Positions 43,448 through 53,509 of a stretch of DNA of 64,000 bases are shown here, in pieces. Positions within the stretch are counted from its first letter, which is position 1. Each line of letters begins with the position of its first letter. Position numbers and translations under genes: made by a program. Source of the stretch: Alphaproteobacteria bacterium (GTDB lineage Bacteria > Pseudomonadota > Alphaproteobacteria > Rickettsiales > UBA8987); assembly GCA_030429625.1 (NCBI GenBank), contig JAUIFA010000003.1, positions 108,898 through 172,897 on the forward strand. The letters are read 5' to 3'. The notes under the pieces are model-generated. The model was not told the origin of the DNA. It did no database searches and was given only the letters and a program-made list of their open reading frames with translations.

Positions 43448-44071
43448 ATGACTGAAGCAAATACATTAAACATTGAATTACGTGAACAGGTAGGCAAAGG
43501 TGCCGCACGTCAATTGCGTCGTGACGGTAAAGTTCCGGCAATTATTTATGGTAAGCAAGGAGAAACAAAAATCTCCATCGCTCAACGCGATATCATTGTA
43601 GTATGGGAAAGAGGAGGTTTTCTTTCTCGCGTCCTTCAACTAACGGATGGCAAAAATAAATTCCAAGTTCTTCCGCGTGATATTCAACTTCATCCGGTTA
43701 AGGATTCTCCTATCCATGTAGATTTTCTGCAGATAGACAATGACACGGAAGTGGTTGTAAAGGTAAAAGTGGAATTTAAGAACCGTGAAAGATCACCTGG
43801 TATTAAGATGGGTGGTATTTTAAATGTGGTGCGTCATAAAATTGAATTACGCTGTAAAGCGGGTAACATTCCAGAACTTCTTACCGCAGATTTAACGGGT
43901 AAAAAGATTGGGGAGTCTGTACATGTAAGTGCTATTAATCTTCCTGAAGGTGTTACTCCAACGATCACGGATCGTGACTTCACTATTGCTACAATTGCTG
44001 GGCGTATTGCTAAAGCGACTGTTGAAGCTGAAACTGCAGAAGAAGAAAGCGAAGAAGAAAGCGAAGAATAA
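43448..44071 (+). CDS. rplY: 50S ribosomal protein L25 / general stress protein Ctc
   Basis: 207 aa. GKGAARQLRRDGKVPAIIYG motif and an acidic C-terminal tail. Confidence 0.9.
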   Translation: MTEANTLNIELREQVGKGAARQLRRDGKVPAIIYGKQGETKISIAQRDIIVVWERGGFLSRVLQLTDGKNKFQVLPRDIQLHPVKDSPIHVDFLQIDNDTEVVVKVKVEFKNRERSPGIKMGGILNVVRHKIELRCKAGNIPELLTADLTGKKIGESVHVSAINLPEGVTPTITDRDFTIATIAGRIAKATVEAETAEEESEEESEE

Positions 44072-44072
44072 T

Positions 44073-44774
44073 ATGCTCATAGTTGGGCTAGGTAATCCTG
44101 GGTCTGAATATACAGACAATCGGCATAATGTCGGCTTCATGGCGGTGGATACAATTATCCGCCGCTATGGTTTTTCTGCGCCAAGCACTAAGTTTAAAGG
44201 TGAATTTTTCCAAGGTGAGATAGATGGATTGAAAATATATGCTATTAAGCCAATGACATATATGAATAAATCTGGCATCTCCGTTTCAGAAATAGCAAAA
44301 TTCTATAAAATTCCCTTAGAAGATATTTATGTTTTTTATGATGAGTTGGATATTCCGGTCGGTAAAATAAAAGTCAAAACCGGTGGCGGTGCTGGCGGAC
44401 ATAATGGCATAAAGAGTCTCGACTCTCTGTTGGGAAAAGATTATCACCGTATTCGCATCGGCATTGATCATCCAGGGGATAAAAAGAAGGTGCATTCCTA
44501 TGTTTTGGGAAATTTTAAGCCTAAAGAACGTGAAGAAATAGATATTTTGCTTGAACATATTGCGCAGAATATTTCTATCTTATTAGAAAAGAGTGGTGCT
44601 GAATTTACCACAAAAATGGCACTAGATCTTGTTCCCAAAAAGGATAAGAGAGCCAAAGATCTTTCGTCGTCTGAGAAAAGAATAGAGACTACCCCTTCTA
44701 AAGAGCCAGTAAAAAACAAACCACGCAATGCGCTGTCGGCAGCGTTGGGTGCATTATTTAACAAAGGAGAATAA
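44073..44774 (+). CDS. pth: peptidyl-tRNA hydrolase
   Basis: MLIVGLGNPGSEYTDNRHNVGF and GHNG motifs. The ATG at 44073 lies 2 nt after the rplY stop. Basic C-terminal extension. Confidence 0.9.
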   Translation: MLIVGLGNPGSEYTDNRHNVGFMAVDTIIRRYGFSAPSTKFKGEFFQGEIDGLKIYAIKPMTYMNKSGISVSEIAKFYKIPLEDIYVFYDELDIPVGKIKVKTGGGAGGHNGIKSLDSLLGKDYHRIRIGIDHPGDKKKVHSYVLGNFKPKEREEIDILLEHIAQNISILLEKSGAEFTTKMALDLVPKKDKRAKDLSSSEKRIETTPSKEPVKNKPRNALSAALGALFNKGE

Positions 44775-44775
44775 A

Positions 44776-45876
44776 ATGGGTTTTAAATGTGGTATTGTTG
44801 GTTTGCCAAATGTAGGTAAATCTACTTTATTCAATGCACTAACCAGTACGGCGGCAGCTGAGGCAGCCAACTACCCATTTTGTACCATAGAGCCTAATGT
44901 TGGCTTGGTGGCAGTTCCCGATGAGCGTCTAGGCAAGCTGGCTGAGGTTGCTAGATCGGCCAAAATTATTCCCAATCAGATTGAATTTGTGGACATTGCA
45001 GGTCTGGTAAAAGGTGCGAGTAAGGGCGAAGGTTTGGGTAATAAATTTCTTTCTCATATCCGTGAGGTGGATGTAATAGCCTATGTTTTACGGTGCTTTG
45101 AAGATGATGATATTACCCATGTGGAGGGAAATATCGACCCATTACGTGACTTTGAAATTATTGAAACTGAGTTGGTACTGGCAGATCTCGAATCGTTAGA
45201 AAAGCGGATTCCGAATCTTGAAAAGAGGATGCGCAGTAGGGATAAGGAAGCCGTTGAACAGCTGGATTTAATCAAAAAAATTCTTCCTATCATTCAAGAA
45301 GGTCAGCCGGCCTACAGCTATGAGCTTTCTCCTGAGGAGGTTCGCCCGATGAAATTGTTACAGCTTTTGACTTCGAAAAAAGTGATGTTTATCTGTAATA
45401 TTGGGGAAGATGATGTGCTTGAGGGGAATGAGCTTTCACGGAAGGTGCAAGAACTTGCCAAAGATCGTAATGCTGAATGCACCTTGATTTCTGCAAGAAT
45501 AGAGGAAGAAATTTCTGCGCTTGAAACCGAGGAAGAAAAATCAGAATTTCTTGAGGCAGTGGGTTTGAAAGAAACTGGATTAAGTCAGATTATTCGGGCA
45601 GGCTATAGCCTTTTAGAGCAGATTTCTTTTTTTACAATAGGGCCAAAAGAAGCCCATGCTTGGAACGTACATAAAGGGGCAAAAGCGCCTCAAGCTGCGG
45701 GTGTAATTCATACGGATTTTGAGCGTGGGTTTATTTGCGCCGAAACAATTTCGTGCGATGACTATTTAACCTATAAGGGTGAGTCTGGCGCGAAAGAGGC
45801 GGGAAAAATGCGTCAGGAAGGAAAGGAATATATTGTAAAAGACGGGGATGTTTTCCATTTCCGCTTTAATGTGTGA
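44776..45876 (+). CDS. ychF: ribosome-binding ATPase YchF
   Basis: MGFKCGIVGLPNVGKSTLFNALT and a C-terminal TGS-like end DGDVFHFRFNV. 366 aa from the ATG at 44776. Confidence 0.95.
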   Translation: MGFKCGIVGLPNVGKSTLFNALTSTAAAEAANYPFCTIEPNVGLVAVPDERLGKLAEVARSAKIIPNQIEFVDIAGLVKGASKGEGLGNKFLSHIREVDVIAYVLRCFEDDDITHVEGNIDPLRDFEIIETELVLADLESLEKRIPNLEKRMRSRDKEAVEQLDLIKKILPIIQEGQPAYSYELSPEEVRPMKLLQLLTSKKVMFICNIGEDDVLEGNELSRKVQELAKDRNAECTLISARIEEEISALETEEEKSEFLEAVGLKETGLSQIIRAGYSLLEQISFFTIGPKEAHAWNVHKGAKAPQAAGVIHTDFERGFICAETISCDDYLTYKGESGAKEAGKMRQEGKEYIVKDGDVFHFRFNV

Positions 45877-45960
45877 TTTCGGATCAATAAAATAGTTTGC
45901 ATATTGGCTTGAAATTCTTATAGTACCAGACGTTAAATTATAATTAGTTAAGGTTATGAT

Positions 45961-46401
45961 ATGAAATTTTTTACACTTATGGCTTCTGCATTCTTTTTTG
46001 TAACGGATGTAATGGCTCAAGAGGCTGCTGCACCGCAATCAGGAGGTTTTGGTTCATTTATTCCTCTAATTTTTATTCTTGTTCTGTTTTATTTTTTAAT
46101 GATTCGCCCGCAGCTAAAACAACAAAAAGAACACGACGCGATGGTTGGTGGAATCAAGCGTGCTGATAAAGTAATTTTAAACAGTGGGATTGAGGCTGTG
46201 GTTTCCAAAGTGGATGAAGCTAACAAACGTTTGTTGGTTAAAATTGCTGATGGGGTGGAAGTAAGTGTGGTGCATGATGGCAACTCCATTCGTGAGGTTA
46301 TTTCTCTTAAACCTGCCAATGAAAATAAAAAGGCTAAAAATGATGATGTGTCTTTAAAACCAAAAGCTACGTCTAAATCCAAACCAAAATCCAAGAAATA
46401 G
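45961..46401 (+). CDS. yajC: preprotein translocase subunit YajC
   Basis: FIPLIFILVLFYFLMIRPQ.KQQKEH motif. Basic C-terminal tail. Upstream of secD. Confidence 0.85.
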   Translation: MKFFTLMASAFFFVTDVMAQEAAAPQSGGFGSFIPLIFILVLFYFLMIRPQLKQQKEHDAMVGGIKRADKVILNSGIEAVVSKVDEANKRLLVKIADGVEVSVVHDGNSIREVISLKPANENKKAKNDDVSLKPKATSKSKPKSKK

Positions 46402-46413
46402 TCAGAGTTATCT

Positions 46414-47985
46414 ATGCTTGATTTTCCTCGCTGGAAGATATCCTTTATCATCGCTATATGTCTTTGGGGTGTGTGGTTGGCGGTGCCCAATATACTGTCT
46501 GAGCAAACTCGGGAGAATTTTCCTTCTCTGCTTCCTCGCAATAGTATGAATCTTGGTCTTGACCTAAGGGGTGGGTCATACCTGCTTCTTGAGGTGGATT
46601 TTAAGGCGTATCTTAAAGAGCAGTTACAGGATCTTGTCGACGAAACAAGAGCTAAGCTACGTAAAGAACGTATTGGCTATCGTGCGCTTGCGGCGGTAAA
46701 TTCTGGCGCGACATTCCAATTGAGAAATGCGGATGAGAAAGGCAGGGTGGAAGAAATTTTTCAGGATATGTATCAGGATGCCCAATTAGAGATTTCAGAA
46801 TCAGGGAATGTGTCCATCCAGTATCGTGATGATTATATAGAAAATTTAAAAGTCAGCGTTGTGGAACAGTCGATTGAAATTGTTCGCCGTCGTGTGGATG
46901 AAACCGGTACCCGTGAGCCAATTATTCAGCGTCAGGGGGATACTCGCATTTTGCTGCAAGTGCCAGGTCTTGAAAATCCTGAACGCCTGAAAGAATTGTT
47001 GGGGCGTACGGCTAAAATGACATTTCATTTGATGGATGAGGCCAACCCTTATCCGGCACGTGAAGTTACTCCACCAAGAGGTACCATGCTTCTTCATGGT
47101 AACAGGGAGAATCCTGACGACTATCAGGGTTATTTTCTTATTAAGAGGCAGGTCATGCTCAGTGGTGATTTGTTGGTGGATGCACGTCCGAGTTTCCAAA
47201 ACGGACAGCCGGTTGTCTCATTCCGCTTTAACAATCAGGGGGGGCGTAAATTTGCTCAGGTAACACGGGAGAATGTTGGTAAACCGTTTGCCATTGTTCT
47301 TGATGGCATTGTTCTGACTGCCCCAAACATCAATGAACCTATTCCTGGGGGACAGGGCATCATTTCAGGTAATTTTACAACGCAGCAAACACAAGACTTG
47401 TCCTTGTTATTGAGGGCAGGGGCGTTGCCTGCACCACTAAAAATTCTTGAAGAACGGACAGTAGGGCCTAGCCTTGGTAAAGATTCTATTGAGGCGGGAA
47501 AAATGGCGGCATTGGCTGGTGTTGTCTTGGTTGTTGTCTTGATGTTATTATTCTACGGATTATTTGGGGTTTTCTCTAATATTGCACTGGCATTTAATTT
47601 AGTGTTTGTCGTTGGATTTCTTTCCCTCTTTCAGGCAACCTTAACCTTGCCGGGTATCGCTGGTATGGTGCTGACAATGGGGATGGCGGTGGACGCTAAC
47701 GTGCTTATCTTTGAGCGTATTAAGGAAGAAACTCGCCACGGTAAAACCCCGTTTGCTGCCATAGATAATGGGTTTTCGATGGCGTTTAAGACTATTTTTG
47801 ACTCCAACATCACTACCATAATGGCGACATTGTTACTGTATATTTATGGCTCAGGGCCGGTGAAGGGCTTTGCGGTGACTCTTTCCATAGGAATTATATG
47901 TTCAATGTTCTCGGCCATCTTGCTTACCCGTATGTTTATTGTGTTGTGGTTGAAGCGTACTAAACCCAAAACATTGCCTATCTGA
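46414..47985 (+). CDS. secD: protein translocase subunit SecD
   Basis: 523 aa. N-terminal TM segment, a large periplasmic domain (LGLDLRGG) and six C-terminal TM segments (GIAGMVLTMGMAVDANVLIFERI). Confidence 0.9.
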   Translation: MLDFPRWKISFIIAICLWGVWLAVPNILSEQTRENFPSLLPRNSMNLGLDLRGGSYLLLEVDFKAYLKEQLQDLVDETRAKLRKERIGYRALAAVNSGATFQLRNADEKGRVEEIFQDMYQDAQLEISESGNVSIQYRDDYIENLKVSVVEQSIEIVRRRVDETGTREPIIQRQGDTRILLQVPGLENPERLKELLGRTAKMTFHLMDEANPYPAREVTPPRGTMLLHGNRENPDDYQGYFLIKRQVMLSGDLLVDARPSFQNGQPVVSFRFNNQGGRKFAQVTRENVGKPFAIVLDGIVLTAPNINEPIPGGQGIISGNFTTQQTQDLSLLLRAGALPAPLKILEERTVGPSLGKDSIEAGKMAALAGVVLVVVLMLLFYGLFGVFSNIALAFNLVFVVGFLSLFQATLTLPGIAGMVLTMGMAVDANVLIFERIKEETRHGKTPFAAIDNGFSMAFKTIFDSNITTIMATLLLYIYGSGPVKGFAVTLSIGIICSMFSAILLTRMFIVLWLKRTKPKTLPI

Positions 47986-47987
47986 TC

Positions 47988-48365
47988 ATGGTAGACATTA
48001 CCCCGCTCATTCCTGAAGGAAGCCAGATGATCCGTGGTTATGGTAAGGAGTCGATAACCGTGCGCGATAAACGTTTTAGTGGTAGTGTGATTGTTTTTCC
48101 GCAGGAGGCTAAGGCATGGTCTGCTACCTCGTTGGAGCAATTAGCCATAGATGATTTTTCTTGTATTATTGATTATAAAGATAAGGTTGATCTTTTGCTT
48201 TTTGGCAGTGGTGAGACACATCAATTCTTGCCTTCAGACATTGAATTTGAACTTAAGAAACACGGAATTGTTGTCGAGTCTATGACCACCGGCGCGGCGT
48301 GTAGAACCTACAATACACTTATGTCGGAGGATCGTCTGGTGGCTGCCGCACTCCTTGGCATATAA
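47988..48365 (+). CDS. Mth938-like (DUF498, NDUFAF3-related) domain protein
   Basis: 125 aa. Pattern I.GYG...I.V..........V.....W, LLLFGSG and ESM.TGAACRTYN.L.SE.R.VAAALL. Confidence 0.7.
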   Translation: MVDITPLIPEGSQMIRGYGKESITVRDKRFSGSVIVFPQEAKAWSATSLEQLAIDDFSCIIDYKDKVDLLLFGSGETHQFLPSDIEFELKKHGIVVESMTTGAACRTYNTLMSEDRLVAAALLGI

Positions 48366-48391
48366 TATTTGTACAAAGATGTGTAGTAAGG

Positions 48392-48420
48392 CTTGACAGT
48401 AGACGATCTTTTCTCTATTT
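48392..48420 (+). promoter_or_regulatory. sigma-70-like promoter candidate for rpmJ
   Basis: TTGACA (48392-48397), a 17-nt spacer, then TATTTT (48415-48420). It sits 43 nt upstream of the rpmJ ATG. Confidence 0.4.
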
Positions 48421-48462
48421 TTCGCCCACATTTTATAAAATATTTCAGTACTGGTTAAAAAC

Positions 48463-48588
48463 ATGAAAGTAATTAATTCTTTAAAATCAGCAAAGTCTCG
48501 TGATCGTAACTGTAAGATCGTGCGCCGTAAAGGCCGTCTGTACGTTATCAACAAACAAAATCCTAAGCTGAAAGCTCGTCAGGGTTAG
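48463..48588 (+). CDS. rpmJ: 50S ribosomal protein L36 (Zn-independent YkgO-like type)
   Basis: Not in the ORF track (41 aa). My translation is [41 protein letters not shown], which matches the L36 pattern. Confidence 0.85.
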   Translation: MKVINSLKSAKSRDRNCKIVRRKGRLYVINKQNPKLKARQG

Positions 48589-48615
48589 TTTTTACCTGTC
48601 ATTTAAGGTTTTCTT

Positions 48616-49599
48616 ATGAAGGTGATTGATTGCAATCTCTCTGGTGATTCATACCAATTATCACTAGGTGAGTGCCATACGCCTTCAGTCGATGAACACG
48701 ATATCCTCATAAAAGTGGCTGCCAGTGGCGTTAACAGAGCCGATATCTATCAGGCACAAGGCTCGTATCCTGCGCCAAAAGGCGCTTCTCCTATACTTGG
48801 TTTGGAAGTCTCCGGTGAAGTCATCCAGCTAGGTTCAAAAGTCCGTTCCCATAGTATTGGCGATAAGGTTTGCGCGTTGTTACAAGGCGGTGGTTATGCG
48901 CAATATGTATCCGTGCCAGAATATCGTGCCTTGGCCATTCCTGAGAATATGGATATTGTTACGGCGGGTGGGATTATGGAAACTTACAGTACCGCTTATT
49001 TGAATTTGATGGAAATCGGTAAGTTGCAGCCCGGACAGACGGTCTTGATTCATGGTGGAGCAAGCGGAGTGGGGACAGCTGCGATTCAAATTTCCCATCA
49101 TTTTGGCTGTAAAGTAATCACCACTGCCGGAAGTAAGAAAAAATGTGAGATTTGCCGTTCTATCGGGGCGGATTATGCGATTAATTATAAGAAGGAAGAT
49201 TTTGTCTCTCTCTGTAAAGAGATAACAGGTGGAAAGGGGGTAGATCTTGTTCTGGATATGGTTGGTGGCGATTATATACAAAAGAATTTGAAGGTTTTAA
49301 AATACGCGGGAAAGATGATTTCCATTGCCTTTATTAAAGGCTCATCTATAGAATTAGATATATCTTCTATCTTAATGAAAAATATAACATATATTGGATC
49401 AACATTGCGCTCTAAAGACGAAGAATTTGTCTATGATTTGTTACAGTCTTTGCGTGAAATCGTCTGGCCATTATTTGAATCAGGGCAGATAAAACCGGTC
49501 ATCGATTCTGTCTATAAATTTGCCGATGTTCAGCGAGCACATTACGAAATGATAGATTTTAAACATGCTGGGAAAATTATTCTAGACCATAGCAAATAA
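48616..49599 (+). CDS. NAD(P)H:quinone oxidoreductase (MDR superfamily, PIG3/Qor-like)
   Basis: 327 aa. Motifs GVNRADIYQAQGSYP and LIHGGASGVGTAAIQ. Confidence 0.8.
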   Translation: MKVIDCNLSGDSYQLSLGECHTPSVDEHDILIKVAASGVNRADIYQAQGSYPAPKGASPILGLEVSGEVIQLGSKVRSHSIGDKVCALLQGGGYAQYVSVPEYRALAIPENMDIVTAGGIMETYSTAYLNLMEIGKLQPGQTVLIHGGASGVGTAAIQISHHFGCKVITTAGSKKKCEICRSIGADYAINYKKEDFVSLCKEITGGKGVDLVLDMVGGDYIQKNLKVLKYAGKMISIAFIKGSSIELDISSILMKNITYIGSTLRSKDEEFVYDLLQSLREIVWPLFESGQIKPVIDSVYKFADVQRAHYEMIDFKHAGKIILDHSK

Positions 49600-49608
49600 T
49601 CTTAAAAA

Positions 49609-50064
49609 TTAACGTTTTTTAGCAAAGAATTCTTTTAGTAGATTACCACACTGATTTTCATAAATACCGCCATATATCTCAGGCTTATGATGGCATGAAC
49701 TGCTGTTGAAAATATGTGCTCCGTGATCCACTCCACCCCCTTTTGGGTCATAGGCACCATAATATACACTATCCAAGCGGGCAAAGGAAATGGCCTGAGC
49801 GCACATAGGGCAGGGTTCTAGCGTGACGTACATATCGCAACCGCTTAAACGCGATGTGCCAATCTTTTTGGTAGCTTCTTGAATGGCTAACATTTCAGCA
49901 TGGGCGGTTGGGTCAGAGAGTTTTTCCACCAGATTATGCGCTTCTGCAAGAATGTTACCACTTGATTTTTCAACGATGACTGCCCCAACGGGCACTTCGT
50001 CCAGTTCAGCAGCTTTCTGGGCTAAATTTAATGCCAATTCCATAAAAGGAGAGTATTGGATCAT
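49609..50064 (-). CDS. tadA: tRNA adenosine(34) deaminase
   Basis: 151 aa. HAEMLAI and LEPCPMCAQAI zinc-binding motifs. Confidence 0.9.
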   Translation of the reverse strand: MIQYSPFMELALNLAQKAAELDEVPVGAVIVEKSSGNILAEAHNLVEKLSDPTAHAEMLAIQEATKKIGTSRLSGCDMYVTLEPCPMCAQAISFARLDSVYYGAYDPKGGGVDHGAHIFNSSSCHHKPEIYGGIYENQCGNLLKEFFAKKR

Positions 50065-50843
50065 GATATTTTCTTTATGGCTCGTAGATTATTTTTTATA
50101 TCATGGACACGCAAATAGTCCACTCCCTGTTTGGCCAGATACGCGCTCACCGTATAGGTTTCCTTATCACGGGCGGCAATAGAATCATCGGGATTCATAA
50201 GCTTTAAGAAGGATTTGCGCGAATGACCAACATATAAAGGTACGTTCAGGCTATTAAAACAACTAATTGCCTGAATTAAAACAAGAGATTGCTCTGCTGT
50301 TTTGCCAAAACCGATACCTGGATCAAAGATAATACGTGATTTTTCAATGCCAGAATTTATAAGCTCGGTAATTTTTATATTTGCCCATCCATAGACAGTT
50401 TTAACCGGATCATCAAATGGGCTAATGGTAATATTCTTATCCGCTGGAACACCAAGATTATGCATCACTACCAGTTTGCAAGCTGAATTTTTAACGGCTT
50501 GAATCATGTGAGGATCACTAAATCCTGAAACGTCGTTAATCCAGTCTATACCAATATCCATAGCCTTTTTAGCTGTTTGAAAATGTCGGGTATCAAGGCT
50601 GATTTGTATTTTCTTACGCAGCGGTTGCAGCATCTTTAAGACTTCTTCTAAGCGTTGCCATTCTTTCTCATGGCTAATTTCTTGTGCGTTGGGACGGGTG
50701 GATTCTGCGCCTACATCAATAATTACCGCTCCGTCTTTTACCATTTGTTTGGCATAGTTGAAGGCATCGGCGCTATTTATGTATTTTCCGCCATCAGAAA
50801 AGGAGTCCGGAGTAACGTTTAATATACCGACCAGCTTAGACAT
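50061..50843 (-). CDS. folP: dihydropteroate synthase
   Basis: 260 aa. Motifs GILNVTPDSFSDGG, IIDVGAESTRP and DPGIGFGK. Confidence 0.9.
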   Translation of the reverse strand: MSKLVGILNVTPDSFSDGGKYINSADAFNYAKQMVKDGAVIIDVGAESTRPNAQEISHEKEWQRLEEVLKMLQPLRKKIQISLDTRHFQTAKKAMDIGIDWINDVSGFSDPHMIQAVKNSACKLVVMHNLGVPADKNITISPFDDPVKTVYGWANIKITELINSGIEKSRIIFDPGIGFGKTAEQSLVLIQAISCFNSLNVPLYVGHSRKSFLKLMNPDDSIAARDKETYTVSAYLAKQGVDYLRVHDIKNNLRAIKKIS

Positions 50844-51351
50844 GTAAACCCGTCCTATAGGTGTTTAAAGGATTGTCCTCTATACTATTAGCCAACGTCC
50901 GACAGTTCACTTTTTGAGTTGGCATAATAAAATCAGGGCATATTTCAGCCAAGGGCATCAAAAAGAATTGTCTGTCGATAATAGCGGGATGAGGAATATT
51001 TAAGTTGTTCAGATTAATAATTTGATCCTCATACGCCAGAATATCAATATCAATCTCTCTGGGTGACCAAAGAGGGTGGTCAGCCATACGTCCAAGCTTA
51101 ACCTCAGTTTCTTGGGTAAAGGCCAGCAATTCCATAGGCAATAAATTTGTATGCCCACTAACAACCATATTTAAAAACTTAATGTCCCATTCTGGTGGGG
51201 AGCCTTTACGCAACATTGCATCCGACTCGTACACAGAAGACAAAGCAACATTTTCTATTTCAGAAGACAAAACATCGACGCATTGACGGAGGTGAGAAAG
51301 GCGATCACCCAAATTTGACCCTAATGCAAGAATGATAAAATGGTTATTCAC
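50836..51351 (-). CDS. folK: 2-amino-4-hydroxy-6-hydroxymethyldihydropteridine diphosphokinase
   Basis: Motifs ILALGSNLGDR, REIDIDIL and IPHP. A GTG at 51351 overlaps the upstream stop by 8 nt and is preferred over the track ATG at 51405, which lies 62 nt inside the upstream gene. The start remains uncertain. Confidence 0.8.
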   Translation of the reverse strand: MNNHFIILALGSNLGDRLSHLRQCVDVLSSEIENVALSSVYESDAMLRKGSPPEWDIKFLNMVVSGHTNLLPMELLAFTQETEVKLGRMADHPLWSPREIDIDILAYEDQIINLNNLNIPHPAIIDRQFFLMPLAEICPDFIMPTQKVNCRTLANSIEDNPLNTYRTGLHV

Positions 51352-51964
51352 GAGGTAAAAGTTTACGAATCTCGTGTTCAACAATATCGCGCACAAGTGG
51401 CTCAAGATTGTTATCCAACCATTCTTTCAGCATTGGTTTTAATGTTTCAACAACAAGATCTTCCACAGTATTGCCACTTCTAAATTCTTTATGTTCAATT
51501 TCTGGCCCAGGAATTTTACTTACCAATTCTTTCATTACTGCAGTTGAAGCTTGAGCCGTTGTTTCAGCAACAAGCTTGTCGCTGTCAACAGGCTGTTTTA
51601 TAGGGGCTTCTTTTGCAGGTGCCGGAGCCTCTTCTTTCGGAGCCTCTTCTTTCGGGGCTTCTTCTTTTACGGCTTCTTCTTCAGCAGGCTTCTCTTCAGC
51701 AGGCTTCTCTTGGGTTTTTTCATCGTCTTTGAGTGCTTCATCAATTTCATCAAGCACGTCGCCACCTTCTTCTTCGGTTATTTCTTCAGCAACTTCAGTC
51801 AAGTCTAAAACCTCTTCTTCTTCGTCTCTTGCAGAATTTTCTTCAGAATCAGCTTCCTTAGGGTCGCCATCTTCCTCTTCATCCGCAATTATGTCCCTAA
51901 TAGAGTGAAGAATATCCTCCATAGAATCTTCTTCACTTATCTCCTTTTTCTTATCTTCTGCCAT
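51344..51964 (-). CDS. popZ: PopZ-like polar organising protein (DUF2497)
   Basis: Conserved N-terminal helix (MEDILHSIRDIIADE), a long acidic Glu/Pro/Ala/Lys linker, and a C-terminal block (VEDLVVETLKPMLKEWLDNNLEPLVRDIVEHEIRKL) resembling the Caulobacter PopZ C-terminus. Confidence 0.7.
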   Translation of the reverse strand: MAEDKKKEISEEDSMEDILHSIRDIIADEEEDGDPKEADSEENSARDEEEEVLDLTEVAEEITEEEGGDVLDEIDEALKDDEKTQEKPAEEKPAEEEAVKEEAPKEEAPKEEAPAPAKEAPIKQPVDSDKLVAETTAQASTAVMKELVSKIPGPEIEHKEFRSGNTVEDLVVETLKPMLKEWLDNNLEPLVRDIVEHEIRKLLPRE

Positions 51965-52013
51965 ATTATAAAAACATTACCCCAATTTATCCATAGATAA
52001 TAGCGTCTTTATG

Positions 52014-53384
52014 TCAAAAACCAATAAATTTATATTTTATATCATTCAAATGTTTATTAGGGTTATACAGTGCAACGTCTAACTCTAAAGAACCTGCTGT
52101 TAATTCACCCATTGCAGACTTAACATTATATACGGCTAATACACTATTACGTACAGCGGTTACAAGATTTAATTGTGCAATAAACAGCTCCTGTTCTGCG
52201 TCCAAGACATCAAGTGTGGTACGTGCGCCGACTTCCTGTTCCTGACGTACGCCTTCTAAGGCAAGCTTGGCTGATTTAACATTGGAAATATTGGCGCGGG
52301 TGTTGGCGCGGGTTGTCACGACCTGTTGCCAAGCCGTAGTAGCCTTACTAATAGCCTGATCTCGAGCTTCACTGTAAAGATATTGAGCACTCCTCTCATT
52401 GTTTTTAGCTTGCCGTATAGCAGAATATTCTGCACCAGCTTGATAGAGTGGAATTGAAACATTAAGCGCAACCGTGTCGTTATCAATATCGGTAGAAACC
52501 CGAGTGCTGCTTAAACCTGTTTGCCGCGACATGCTACCAACAATGCTTACGCTGGGTAACAAAGAAGATTTTGCCCGACGCACACTGTTCTTTAGGCTTT
52601 CCTTTTTGTATTTTGCTAGATATACGTCTGGATTATTGGCCAATGTTCTAGCCAGTACATCTTCAAAATTATTTGGAATTCTTGGTAGGTTGCTAGGCAT
52701 GGCCATAGTGTCATCTGCTTCAATACCAAAAACACGTTTATATTCAGCTTTTGCCTGAATATAGTCCCCTTCCGCTTTAATTCTGTCTGATTGTGCACGG
52801 GACAAGCGTGCTTCAGATTGGGAAACATCGGTTCTTGTTGTTTCCCCCAACTCAAAACGATCCTTCGTTGCTTTGAGTTGTTCACTTAAAACATTTTCAT
52901 TATTGCGGCTGAGATTAACAATTTCATGGGTTCGAACAACATCAATATAGGCAATGACAGCATCGGTAAGGATAGCCTGCTCAACTTTACGCAGTTGACT
53001 GTCAGCTACCAATATGTTGTTTTTTGCCTGTTTGATCTGATACCAACTGTCAAAACCATCAAACACAGGCTGGGTGATGGAAATAGATTTGGATGTTGGA
53101 TGAGTTGTGCTTGTTGGGCGAGCAACAAGTTTTTCTTTATCTTTTTCTTTGCTGTAGCTTGCACTAACGGTAGGGAGAAAGCCTGAATAAGCTTGTGGTA
53201 ATTGCTCGTTAGTTGCTTCATGAGCTGCTCTTTCTGCTTTGAGGCTTGGGTTAAAGTTATAGGCATGAATCAGCGCTTCCTCTAATGAGATAGCGTATGC
53301 AGATTGCACCGAGCATAAGACTGGCAACACGATGGCCGTCGTACAAATAAGCTTTTTGAAGCTAAAGAACCCCTTCTTTTTCAT
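52014..53384 (-). CDS. tolC: TolC-family outer membrane efflux/type I secretion protein
   Basis: Signal peptide (AIVLPVLCSVQSAYA). The internally duplicated coiled-coil/beta-barrel pattern and length fit alphaproteobacterial TolC. The ATG at 53384 is preferred. Confidence 0.85.
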   Translation of the reverse strand: MKKKGFFSFKKLICTTAIVLPVLCSVQSAYAISLEEALIHAYNFNPSLKAERAAHEATNEQLPQAYSGFLPTVSASYSKEKDKEKLVARPTSTTHPTSKSISITQPVFDGFDSWYQIKQAKNNILVADSQLRKVEQAILTDAVIAYIDVVRTHEIVNLSRNNENVLSEQLKATKDRFELGETTRTDVSQSEARLSRAQSDRIKAEGDYIQAKAEYKRVFGIEADDTMAMPSNLPRIPNNFEDVLARTLANNPDVYLAKYKKESLKNSVRRAKSSLLPSVSIVGSMSRQTGLSSTRVSTDIDNDTVALNVSIPLYQAGAEYSAIRQAKNNERSAQYLYSEARDQAISKATTAWQQVVTTRANTRANISNVKSAKLALEGVRQEQEVGARTTLDVLDAEQELFIAQLNLVTAVRNSVLAVYNVKSAMGELTAGSLELDVALYNPNKHLNDIKYKFIGF

Positions 53385-53509
53385 GATGTTACGTCTCCCA
53401 AATATAACGTACGATACATCATATAGCATAGGGATATCCAAATTTCTACTATATTTTGTGTTTTCTTTGATTTTTTTTATAAGGAGTGAATTTTGTCACC
53501 AAAAGGACT

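Noticed and set aside
47986-48365. Missing or degraded secF immediately after secD
   Set aside because: SecD ends normally, and the next ORF is an intact Mth938-like protein 2 nt later with no SecF-like remnant. secF is presumably elsewhere in the genome, so no pseudogene is claimed.
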